From the IMG/VR virus record IMGVR_UViG_3300033067_001382, positions 1-64,000 of that record: a DNA stretch of 64,000 nt; one strand, 5' to 3'. Shown here in pieces: positions 17,002 through 25,782 of this stretch. The notes beneath the pieces are model-generated. The model did not search any database and was not told where the DNA came from. It saw nothing but the letters and a program-made list of their open reading frames with translations. How positions within the stretch are numbered: position 1 is the stretch's first letter; each line of letters begins with the position of its first letter. The position numbers were made by a program, and so were the translations under genes. This DNA is from a virus. Its lineage: Duplodnaviria > Caudoviricetes.

Positions 17002-17429
17002 CACGGGTGCTCGTTGGGCGGAGCGTCGTCCGCTTTCGCTCCGCCCTTGGGGAGAGTCGGCGGAGTAAATGGAAGATCCGGTTTCTCACCAGCTTCGGTA
17101 GCCTTCATCCAGCTTCTAAGACGATTGTAGGCCCAACCACTTGCGAGGCCGCAGATCATCCCGTACATCAAACGAGCCGACAGGGCCGCGTGAGCAGCTC
17201 CTTCGACGATAACCGGCCAAGGGAACTTGACTGCCAAGATCGCCAGAATCGCGCCCGTACCAATGGGGCCGAGCGGCAAAAACAGCTCCGTCCACCACTT
17301 AGATTTCCTGGCGTTGGGAAGGGCAAATTCCACCACCGTACGAATGACGTAAGTGATGACATAGATGCCCAAACAGAGCACGGCAGTCTGCCAGCTCATG
17401 AAGACTTGAAAAGCTTGATCAAAGTCCAT
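16998..17429 (-). CDS. Holin-like protein (about three transmembrane helices, charged C-tail)
   Basis: 143 aa from ATG 17429; three hydrophobic segments and a hydrophilic Pro/charged C-terminus; located at the end of the tail operon. Confidence 0.55.
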   Translation of the reverse strand: MDFDQAFQVFMSWQTAVLCLGIYVITYVIRTVVEFALPNARKSKWWTELFLPLGPIGTGAILAILAVKFPWPVIVEGAAHAALSARLMYGMICGLASGWAYNRLRSWMKATEAGEKPDLPFTPPTLPKGGAKADDAPPNEHPW

Positions 17430-17462
17430 AAGAAACCCTCTCAGCAAGAGAGGGTTTCTTAT
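17428..17462 (-). promoter_or_regulatory. Perfect 15-bp hairpin covering the RBS and start of the holin-like gene
   Basis: ATAAGAAACCCTCTC-(5 nt)-GAGAGGGTTTCTTAT; the 3' arm on the minus strand contains GAGAGGG and the AT of the ATG. Confidence 0.8.
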
Positions 17463-17469
17463 AGGTTTT

Positions 17470-17694
17470 TTACTCGTCCGAAAGCGGAACTGTCTCGTCG
17501 AGATCGACCGTCTGAGCTTCTCCGCCTCGCTCCCAAACTGAGAGTTCGTTGAGTTGCGCCTGGAGAACCGCGGTTTGCTGGGTAGTCAAGAAGGGGTTAC
17601 TAAGAAGTTGGCGGATTCGTTGTCGAACCCGCGCAGCCCCTTCCTGACGGACATCTTGAGGCAAGTCCGAAGCCTTACGAGAACGAATCCCCAT
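17470..17694 (-). CDS. Small hypothetical protein (74 aa)
   Basis: TGATG overlap with the upstream structural gene. Confidence 0.6.
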   Translation of the reverse strand: MGIRSRKASDLPQDVRQEGAARVRQRIRQLLSNPFLTTQQTAVLQAQLNELSVWERGGEAQTVDLDETVPLSDE

Positions 17695-20600
17695 CACTCA
17701 GCTCGCCGAGAAAGAACGATGTTATCCGGATTAACCTCGTAGTTGAGGTTATCGTTGACCAGCGGATGTCCATCAAGGCGGTAAAGATCCGAAGCCGCGT
17801 AACCTTCCTGAGTACCGTTCGAGCTGATCAATGTGAAGTTGTCAACCTGATTCTGTCCCGGACCAACTTGGTGAACGTTAGTGACCACCAGCATCATTAA
17901 CTCGTCTCCGGCCGAAACCTCAGAAGCTCCAACATTAGCAACCGTGTTCCGGACAAGGTAAACCTTGCCTGTCAGCACGTTGGTGTGACTGTTAGGGCCA
18001 TAGACCTCACCGTAGGCCGAGTGGACTTCACCGCCCGGGTAGGTCCCTGAGCCGCAAAAGGCCGAGCCACCTCGATTGGTGCGATACTGGCTATTGACCG
18101 CGTAGTTGGCAATAGCACCGTCCATATGAACGATGATGTCACCGGGGGCTCCGCTGGCCTGGCTAGCACCCGACAAAGCGACTTCCTTGTGCTCAGCGCG
18201 CGACGTCGTCGCCAAACTGGGAACGAAAGAACCGAGGCCCTGCTCTTCGAGGAAGAGGAGCTGTGAACGGTTTCCGAGGCCGTTCGAAACGGGTTGGAAA
18301 CGACCCCCTCGGAAGTCCTTGTCTCGGAAAAAGGCCCCCAGTGGAAGACGTTCCGTGCAACCAAGGTACTGGGTGTTGACTTCGCCCTCTGTGGACGAAA
18401 GCGCTCCGACCGCTACGACCGGACGACTTGTGGTTGAACCGCCACTGATTGCCGTTGGCGGAAAGACCGTCGGTTGAGTCGTGTAGTCAAGTGCCTCGTA
18501 TCCGACATTTCGGAAATCAAGTGCTGTGTTGCTGACCAGATCTCCGGAGAGTCGACCGGTACCCAAGGTAGTCGAAAACGACAAGGATGCCAAGACTTCA
18601 ACTGCACGTTGGTTGACCCGAGTCAGATTCAGCTCGTCCAGAGGGTTCGAGACGACCGAGTACGCTTCCGCGCTGGTGATTGCGCCGCTCCGGTGACCGA
18701 GGTCGACCGTCTGCGCGCCGAAGGCACTTCCCATGTAGGGTGTGCGGCTGTAGTTGATGACCGCCTGATCCGAACCCTGGAGAGGTGCAGGGATGATGCA
18801 GGTCGGACCATCTACCTTGGCATCGACTCCTGCCGCTCCAAAGTTGTCCGCACGCGTCGCACTAGTGGCTCCTGTACCGGACAGACGCGAGCGGTTCAGC
18901 ACGAGGCGGAATGGCTTGGACTGATCGAAGCTACCGCGGTCAAAGCCGAAGACGCTGGCTTCGATGACGTAGTGAGCCGAGGTGAACGAAGAAATCGCGT
19001 TGGGGCTCTTAGACAGATCCAAAGCCGCCGCGTTGATAACGAAGGTCGAATCACCATCGACATCTTGTTCGATCCAGAAAGTCGCACCATCGAACTGCGT
19101 CCGGAGCAGGTTGGTTGCTCCTGCACCCGAGGCAATACGATCTGACTGACCAAAGGCCGATCCGTTAGATACGTAGTCAGCCGCTTCGTAGACCGCAAAG
19201 AGGCGCGCGATTCCGTAGAAAGGAGGTAGCTCCAAGCCCGTGCGGCCACGACCATCATCAAAGAAGCGTGTACCGGCGTAACGGATACCGTTACCCGTCA
19301 CGAACGTGTACTGAGTATTGAACACCGTTGCGGTCGACACCGTGTCAAGTTGACGCGTGGAGAATGCCGCGTAAGAGAATGAGTTGCCCGTGCTGTAACT
19401 GACGTACGTCGGGTTGTGAGACTGGGTTGTTGGCGACGCTCCCGACTTTGACATCAACAGGAAGTTGACGCCTCGACTAAAGTTGACTGCATCCACCGGA
19501 AGAATAGGAACACGAACTTCACCCCAACCTGGAATCAGGTGACGTGGCAGAGTCACGTAGAGGTTCTTGGTGGCCGTCGCTGGATCGGTGGTGCCCGAAA
19601 AGAGTCCAAGGGGGTCGGTGGTTGTCCACTTGGACGTGACTCCGTCCGGCTTGAGCAGAGGCATCAAGCCCTGTGAGTGACGAACTTCATAGGTCGGGGT
19701 ACCCGTGGGAACAGCGCGATCCAAAACTAGTTGCGTGATATCTCCAAGCGGAGCTACCTCAACAACCGTGAAGGTGCCCGTGATAGGTGCGTTGAAGGTG
19801 ACTGCATCACCCTCAACCACTCCTACCAGAGTGAAATTCTGCAACAGATCTGTAATGGTCGTAGAGCCCGTCGTGGTGGCTGTACCTGAAGCAAACGCTG
19901 CCCCAGAGCGAGGGTTAGCAACCGTGCCATCCTGAACGATCAGCTTCTGTGGGAAACCAACACGGCGGAAGGGAGTCAACGCGATAGTTTTGCTGCCAAG
20001 ATCCGCAAAACTTTCCGCCGTCACTGGGAGGTGCGTTTTGTAAGTAGCACTCCGGTACTTGCTCCAAAGCGGAGCCCACGCAGTGCGAAGAGGCGTGTTC
20101 TGGGTGGGAGTGAATGGGGTCGCCGACGGCTGGAGCAGTAGTTCGTTGCTGGTGTTGGTCAGCAACGCAATGCTGTGAATTGAGTCTGGTCGACGCGAGA
20201 GTCCACGTCCACCGCCGTACTGGATATTCAGTGTTATATAGACGTTACGCTGGTCAACCTGAGGAAATCCGGATAACAGCGTAATGGTTAAATCATCCGT
20301 CGGCAAGGGGTTCGTGGGGGTCACCGTAAACAGTGATGAATCCACCGGAACCTCTTCACCATCGAGGCGAAGCGTCACCGCATTGACGATACCGTTGTTA
20401 ATAAAGCGAACCTGGTCACCATCGCCTGCACCGACCGAGTTCTTGAACTGGGCCACGGGGATGATGATGTTGTCACCAGCATTGAACTGATTGGCACTCC
20501 CTTGCGCGGTCGTATTGGCCGTGATGGAAAGAGAGAATGAAGTGTCCGGAGTTCCGTTCAGCGGTTGAGAACCAACCAAAACAGCCGAAGTGAACGGCCG

Positions 20601-22073
20601 AACGATGACTTCAACTTTCTGCTGGACCGCAGCATCGCTCCAGACCATGCGGATGTTATCCGGGCCGTCCAGCTTCGTGATCTCCGGGCTGGTCACCGAG
20701 CCAGCGATCTTGTCTTGATATGCCAGGAAAGGACCCTTGGTGCTGGTGCTTGCGCCCCGCTTCCAGGTACTCCGGAGCTTACCGGAGAGGAGTTTATCGA
20801 CGTTGTTCCTAAGCAGCGTCTCGTAGTCGAACCCATTGGGGTTGACAACGTGCCGGGCATCAAGGATGTCATTCGCAGCGATCTGATCCGCAAACAGGCC
20901 ATCGGGTCGACCTGCAAGAATAACAACTGACTCACCAGCCTTGTGGGTTTGCTGGGTCGTGCCATGAGCACCACGAACCAGACCAGAGATATTGCCACCA
21001 GTGATGGCCGTGTAGGTTACAATCTCATCGCCAATTTGAACCGTACCTCCCGTCGTGGGCAACGGGATATCAACCGTGCTAGAAAGTGCCGCTGTCGTCG
21101 CCGATGCAGTGAGATCAGCAAGTAGTGTTGGGACCGTCAGGAACGCTTTGGCGCTCGCACGACTCGTCACGGTTAGCTCACGACGATTGAATGACCCATT
21201 CAGGTTCGGGGAAGGTTCGCCATTCCACGCTGTCGAATTGCGACGAAAAACGTGGCAGATCGGGATGGCATACGAGTAACCATCCACAGTGTTAAGGGTG
21301 TTCGCCGTTCCGTCACCTGCGCGCCATAATCCCGGATCACCGAGGTTCGTACGCATATTGACAAAGCTAAAGGTCGTTGCTGTCTCGCTATTGAGGTAGT
21401 CGTAGGCTCCTTTGGCCTTGACCGACGTCGAGCTAAATCCATCCGCGGCTGTCAGACCAACGACTCGGATTCGGTACTGGACCTGAATCCGCTGAGTGGT
21501 CTCGAATCCCATGTCAGGATCTTGAGTGTCATCATTAAGGTACGAATACCCACCCTCGATGTTGCCATAGCGGTAAACCGCCGACGTGCTCGGCTTGTTG
21601 GTCTGCGCGTTCGGGGCGACTCGGGCGATCCAGACTTCCAGGAAGACGAAGTCGACCCGGCTGTCACCAGACGTCGAAGGAGGCGGATCCAGAAAAATCT
21701 TGTTCCACGTGTCGCTGTTGTTGGCCCCTCCTGGAGGAGTTCCAGTGCGAGTTCCGGTAACCGGGACCATCCAACCATTGACCACAGCCCACTGAATCGA
21801 ACGCAGCTCATTGGCGCGCTGACGGCCGAACTGGAAGAAGTTCGACCACATGGGGTTGGTGAGATAGTCCTCACCAGGGTTGGTCTCATTACCAAGCCAG
21901 CCAGAGGGCGTATTCCGAAGGAGAAGCTGCTGACGCCAGTCATTCTCCAGAGCCTGGATAAGGTTGAACTCGCTATCGAGCGGTGGCTTGCCTTCTTGCC
22001 AGATGACCTGAAGGAAGCTCGCCTGCTTCGGGTCCAGAACCCTCGAAACTCCATTGCCGAGATTGTCCGCCAT
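17694..22073 (-). CDS. Large virion tail/baseplate-associated protein (paralog of 27957-30491)
   Basis: 1459 aa, T/S/G-rich beta composition; N-terminal QEGKPPLDSEFNL, FVFLEVW, QVQYRIRVV, DPGLW, YAIPICHVFRRN shared with the paralog. Confidence 0.75.
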   Translation of the reverse strand: MADNLGNGVSRVLDPKQASFLQVIWQEGKPPLDSEFNLIQALENDWRQQLLLRNTPSGWLGNETNPGEDYLTNPMWSNFFQFGRQRANELRSIQWAVVNGWMVPVTGTRTGTPPGGANNSDTWNKIFLDPPPSTSGDSRVDFVFLEVWIARVAPNAQTNKPSTSAVYRYGNIEGGYSYLNDDTQDPDMGFETTQRIQVQYRIRVVGLTAADGFSSTSVKAKGAYDYLNSETATTFSFVNMRTNLGDPGLWRAGDGTANTLNTVDGYSYAIPICHVFRRNSTAWNGEPSPNLNGSFNRRELTVTSRASAKAFLTVPTLLADLTASATTAALSSTVDIPLPTTGGTVQIGDEIVTYTAITGGNISGLVRGAHGTTQQTHKAGESVVILAGRPDGLFADQIAANDILDARHVVNPNGFDYETLLRNNVDKLLSGKLRSTWKRGASTSTKGPFLAYQDKIAGSVTSPEITKLDGPDNIRMVWSDAAVQQKVEVIVRPFTSAVLVGSQPLNGTPDTSFSLSITANTTAQGSANQFNAGDNIIIPVAQFKNSVGAGDGDQVRFINNGIVNAVTLRLDGEEVPVDSSLFTVTPTNPLPTDDLTITLLSGFPQVDQRNVYITLNIQYGGGRGLSRRPDSIHSIALLTNTSNELLLQPSATPFTPTQNTPLRTAWAPLWSKYRSATYKTHLPVTAESFADLGSKTIALTPFRRVGFPQKLIVQDGTVANPRSGAAFASGTATTTGSTTITDLLQNFTLVGVVEGDAVTFNAPITGTFTVVEVAPLGDITQLVLDRAVPTGTPTYEVRHSQGLMPLLKPDGVTSKWTTTDPLGLFSGTTDPATATKNLYVTLPRHLIPGWGEVRVPILPVDAVNFSRGVNFLLMSKSGASPTTQSHNPTYVSYSTGNSFSYAAFSTRQLDTVSTATVFNTQYTFVTGNGIRYAGTRFFDDGRGRTGLELPPFYGIARLFAVYEAADYVSNGSAFGQSDRIASGAGATNLLRTQFDGATFWIEQDVDGDSTFVINAAALDLSKSPNAISSFTSAHYVIEASVFGFDRGSFDQSKPFRLVLNRSRLSGTGATSATRADNFGAAGVDAKVDGPTCIIPAPLQGSDQAVINYSRTPYMGSAFGAQTVDLGHRSGAITSAEAYSVVSNPLDELNLTRVNQRAVEVLASLSFSTTLGTGRLSGDLVSNTALDFRNVGYEALDYTTQPTVFPPTAISGGSTTSRPVVAVGALSSTEGEVNTQYLGCTERLPLGAFFRDKDFRGGRFQPVSNGLGNRSQLLFLEEQGLGSFVPSLATTSRAEHKEVALSGASQASGAPGDIIVHMDGAIANYAVNSQYRTNRGGSAFCGSGTYPGGEVHSAYGEVYGPNSHTNVLTGKVYLVRNTVANVGASEVSAGDELMMLVVTNVHQVGPGQNQVDNFTLISSNGTQEGYAASDLYRLDGHPLVNDNLNYEVNPDNIVLSRRAE

Positions 22074-22105
22074 TACTTTACATCCTCTACGAAGGGTTCA
22101 ACTCA

Positions 22106-22723
22106 TCAATAAACCACCGACCAGCCACCCAAGAAAAGGCGGCGACCAGGGCTTGTGATATTGGTGAACTTCAAGATCATCTGGTTGCCCTGGTTGGCTC
22201 CGGGGACACTCAAGAGAGAATCCTCTGTCACCGTCAGGAACGAAGCTCCATTGTCGAAGCTAACTTGACAGGTAATGTCAAGAGGGGTAATAGGAATTTC
22301 CTTGTATGTCCGGTCGAATCGACCCGTGGCTGGATCTGTGTCCACAACTTCAAAAACTTCAAAGTTCACAATAGCCTGAGTGGCGGTCGTGGCCAACGGA
22401 GTCATGTTGGTCTGCAAAACCCCATTCGGAAAGAGCGAGAGAGAACCTCTCTTACCCAAGCTACATCCTGAAGTGGCCCCGGCATTAATACCGGTAGCAT
22501 CCAAGAGGTCATCGAATTCCTGGTTGGCGAATCCACCGTGATTCGCGAAAATCGCATCGTACTTCTGAGTGAGAAGAGTCGCGAGCGTAGTAGGGTTCTG
22601 TACCGAGACTCCTTGGGGTACCCGAACGACATAAGTCCCCACCATAGGAACTTGCCCGTTGGGTGGGGTTTCGACACCGTTGATATTGTCGTCAAAGAGG
22701 TCAATCATGTAGTAAGTTGACAT
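22106..22723 (-). CDS. Putative virion structural protein (205 aa)
   Basis: Beta-rich ORF inside the tail operon, ending GGWSVVY. Confidence 0.7.
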   Translation of the reverse strand: MSTYYMIDLFDDNINGVETPPNGQVPMVGTYVVRVPQGVSVQNPTTLATLLTQKYDAIFANHGGFANQEFDDLLDATGINAGATSGCSLGKRGSLSLFPNGVLQTNMTPLATTATQAIVNFEVFEVVDTDPATGRFDRTYKEIPITPLDITCQVSFDNGASFLTVTEDSLLSVPGANQGNQMILKFTNITSPGRRLFLGGWSVVY

Positions 22724-22735
22724 GTCAATATCCTC

Positions 22736-25735
22736 TCAGACTAACCACCAGCTAGTACCGTCTGCTAGCATGGTAACAGACCCATACGGAGAAGAGATAT
22801 CAAAACTTGCTAGGGGAACTCCATCTACGGGAACTCCGAAACCCGTCCAGAGGGTGATAGGGTAAATATCCGCATTACCCGAAATATCCTTGACCGTGAC
22901 TTTCCGACCTGACTTTGGTTCAGGCATATAGACTTGAACAGTCCCGGTGTGTTCCACGAATGCTGTTCGGACATCCGGCTCGAAATAAATTTCGGTCCCA
23001 TTACCGACAGTAGAGTAGGTTCGGAAAGATTCCCCAGCCGTAACCTTACCAGGAACCATTTCCCTGGAGTAATGCGGAAGAAGAGTCCAGGTAGCACCGC
23101 TAATCGGATTAGTGACATCCAACTCATCGAGTCCGCCTCCAAGCGCAGCAACAGTGAGCTGAGTTTCGCTGTCAACCGATTGAACCAGTCGAACGTATTG
23201 AAGGTCGGTACCTCCAACATCCCGAAGGATTAGTCGATCTCCGACACCTATTTGAGGGACTCCTGTTTGAAGAAGAGACCCCGCATCCACTGTGATAATG
23301 TTGGAGTTCATCGGTACGGAAGCAGCAGTTCCGGTTCGAAGAGGACCCTCTACACCAAGAGTGTCAGATCCATTTGCAGTTAGAACTTGCAATTCCTCGT
23401 TCTTGAGTCGAAGAAGATTGCCACGACCACCAGAAACTTTATCCCAAACCTGAGTGACTTGATTCCATTTCAGGTTTTGCCCGACTTCCCAATAGCTCCC
23501 ACTAAGAGGGAAATCCTGACTAGCATACATCTGAGTCCCACTGAAAACCTCGGCGTCATAGATGCCGAGAGTAGGGATCCGCTTAATGCCCGCAAAGGTT
23601 CCTGTTTCAACCTGGATCAAGATGCGAGACTGAGTCTCCACGGGATTCTTCATCCCCCCGCCAAGATCAATCGTTCCCGTGCTGAAAGTCGGCTGAGGAA
23701 GAGTTCCGTCCGGATCTTCCTTGCCGTCCGCACGTTCGAGGAGAAGCGATGGCTTGGTCCCAAAACCCGTGGGACCAGCGGAGAGAACAGGGTTCTCGTT
23801 GGTATAACCCAAGTTCGAACCGGATGTCGGTAAGAAGCGCTGACGGAAAGAAGTACTACGATCAACCTGGTAGGTCGGCTTAAGGAAGCCTGCTACTGCG
23901 GTGACTTGAATCCTATCTATGTAGAACTTTGTTCCAGTAGTGCTATACTGGCTGGAAGCGGAGATCCTAACCGAGATTAGCTTAATCGCATCCGGCGGCG
24001 AGTTGATTACATTAGAGTAATCAACTCGACCCGCATTGGTACCATTGAGTGAGATGACCGAGATAGTGTCCGTGTTGGTCGACCCATCAAAATGCAACCA
24101 AGTAAGGTTGACTTGTAGGGTTCCGATTGTAGCAGCGGAGATTCTTTGATATGTCAGGTTGACCCGGAACTCTTGATTGCCCGAAACGGTCGCCCATAGG
24201 TACTGAATGATTCCAACCGTGTTTAAGGACGTATTTGGGGCAACGTAAGATAGCCGGGAGGTTCCAAATCCGCTGGTGCGATCAATTCGCAAAGAGTTAT
24301 CAGGAGTACCGGAAATCGCCCGCCAAGCCGCGGACGCGTCGATGTCCTGTGTCTCCGGATAGGTGAGCACCGACTCAAAATGAGGATCCTCTAGTAGCTG
24401 GACCGGAGGATTGTTGATAATCTCTAGCAGGTCTCGAAGGTGTGTCCGAACATCAGTACCGGGCAAAGATGTTGGTTGGCTGTCAATTGGAGCCATTGTG
24501 ATGGTCCAACTCTGAGTTCCAGTGTTGTAAAACACTCGACCTGACTCGAACGAAACTTGATTGTCAGTGTCCGAAGTCTGAATCGACCAAAGCTGTTGGG
24601 CGGCACCCTTGACGAGGGTGGTATCGAAAGCCCAGAAGACCGCATAGAGGTTGAGTCGTCCACCGGAGGCAACGCCTTGATTGCCCGTCGAAGGCTTGAA
24701 CGCATCACCGGCGCGAGGAGCAACCGAGAGACGAACCACACCAGCCTTGTAATCAATGGTGTAACGTTGGTCATTACCTGAGGCGATTGTACTATCGATA
24801 GCCGGAGTGAACGATGTGATTGGCTTTGTGAGATCCGCCGCACCTGATCCGTTGTCCGGATACAGAATAACCCGATAGCCGAGCTTGCTTCCAGCTTTAC
24901 CCACGCCGGGGAATACCGCATCAGCTCGATTGACGTCGAGTGGAGTCAGGTCACCCGCATCAGGATCAGGACCGAACTCAGGTGGGACAATTCCCTGTAC
25001 CCGAGCGCTGCTGATTTGCGCGGCCGTGGGGCTGACAACCGTATGAATCGTTGAGGTGGGGTCTGCAAAGAAGAACGATTGCTCACGACCGGCCGGACCT
25101 GAGAACGGGATTGCGGCGAGACGGGCGGCCCCGGGTCGCAAGATCACCCACCAATACTGGTCACTGGAAACTTCTAGTTGTGTGACCGTGGTGTTGGTTG
25201 GGTTATTGATCGCCAACAAATTCAGTGTGTCACCACCGGTCACCGAGTTAATGACCGCGGAAGCCCACTTGTTCTTACTGATACCTATGCTAGAAGGAGT
25301 CTGCCCGGTAATCATAAGGATGTCGCCACTGACGACTCCCGCAAGACTTGCTCCAGCCCCAACCTGGAATTGAGTAAGACCGATTGCCGACCCTTCAACG
25401 CTGGAGTTGGGAATGGTACCATCAACCAACAAGGTAGGGCCGTACCAACGAACCGTTTCCGAATTGTTAGGGTAAACTGCCGTCAGGTACCCTAGTCCGG
25501 TACCGGGAGTCTTAGGCGGCGTTCTGAGTTGGACATCATCCATCGTCATCGTCGGAGCCGTTGAGTACGGCTCCGTCAAGATGTTTCCGATGCCCGTGAA
25601 GGTCTCCCCGGCAGAGCCCGAGTCACCACGCGTTAGCGCACGACCGCCTGCGAAGAAGTCCGCCTTGCGAAGCTGTTCCAACTCCAACCGTGTAAGGTTG
25701 GAGATAGTTCCTGTGCTAACGAATGATCCTGACAT
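22736..25735 (-). CDS. Tail fibre/appendage-like protein
   Basis: 999 aa, beta-rich; C-terminus VTVKDISGNA..PITL...ISSPYGSVTMLADGTSWWLV is typical of fibre-terminal domains. Confidence 0.65.
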   Translation of the reverse strand: MSGSFVSTGTISNLTRLELEQLRKADFFAGGRALTRGDSGSAGETFTGIGNILTEPYSTAPTMTMDDVQLRTPPKTPGTGLGYLTAVYPNNSETVRWYGPTLLVDGTIPNSSVEGSAIGLTQFQVGAGASLAGVVSGDILMITGQTPSSIGISKNKWASAVINSVTGGDTLNLLAINNPTNTTVTQLEVSSDQYWWVILRPGAARLAAIPFSGPAGREQSFFFADPTSTIHTVVSPTAAQISSARVQGIVPPEFGPDPDAGDLTPLDVNRADAVFPGVGKAGSKLGYRVILYPDNGSGAADLTKPITSFTPAIDSTIASGNDQRYTIDYKAGVVRLSVAPRAGDAFKPSTGNQGVASGGRLNLYAVFWAFDTTLVKGAAQQLWSIQTSDTDNQVSFESGRVFYNTGTQSWTITMAPIDSQPTSLPGTDVRTHLRDLLEIINNPPVQLLEDPHFESVLTYPETQDIDASAAWRAISGTPDNSLRIDRTSGFGTSRLSYVAPNTSLNTVGIIQYLWATVSGNQEFRVNLTYQRISAATIGTLQVNLTWLHFDGSTNTDTISVISLNGTNAGRVDYSNVINSPPDAIKLISVRISASSQYSTTGTKFYIDRIQVTAVAGFLKPTYQVDRSTSFRQRFLPTSGSNLGYTNENPVLSAGPTGFGTKPSLLLERADGKEDPDGTLPQPTFSTGTIDLGGGMKNPVETQSRILIQVETGTFAGIKRIPTLGIYDAEVFSGTQMYASQDFPLSGSYWEVGQNLKWNQVTQVWDKVSGGRGNLLRLKNEELQVLTANGSDTLGVEGPLRTGTAASVPMNSNIITVDAGSLLQTGVPQIGVGDRLILRDVGGTDLQYVRLVQSVDSETQLTVAALGGGLDELDVTNPISGATWTLLPHYSREMVPGKVTAGESFRTYSTVGNGTEIYFEPDVRTAFVEHTGTVQVYMPEPKSGRKVTVKDISGNADIYPITLWTGFGVPVDGVPLASFDISSPYGSVTMLADGTSWWLV

Positions 25736-25782
25736 TCTACATCAATCCCTTGCCAAAGGAAGTGAAAAAGGAGTTTCTCGAC

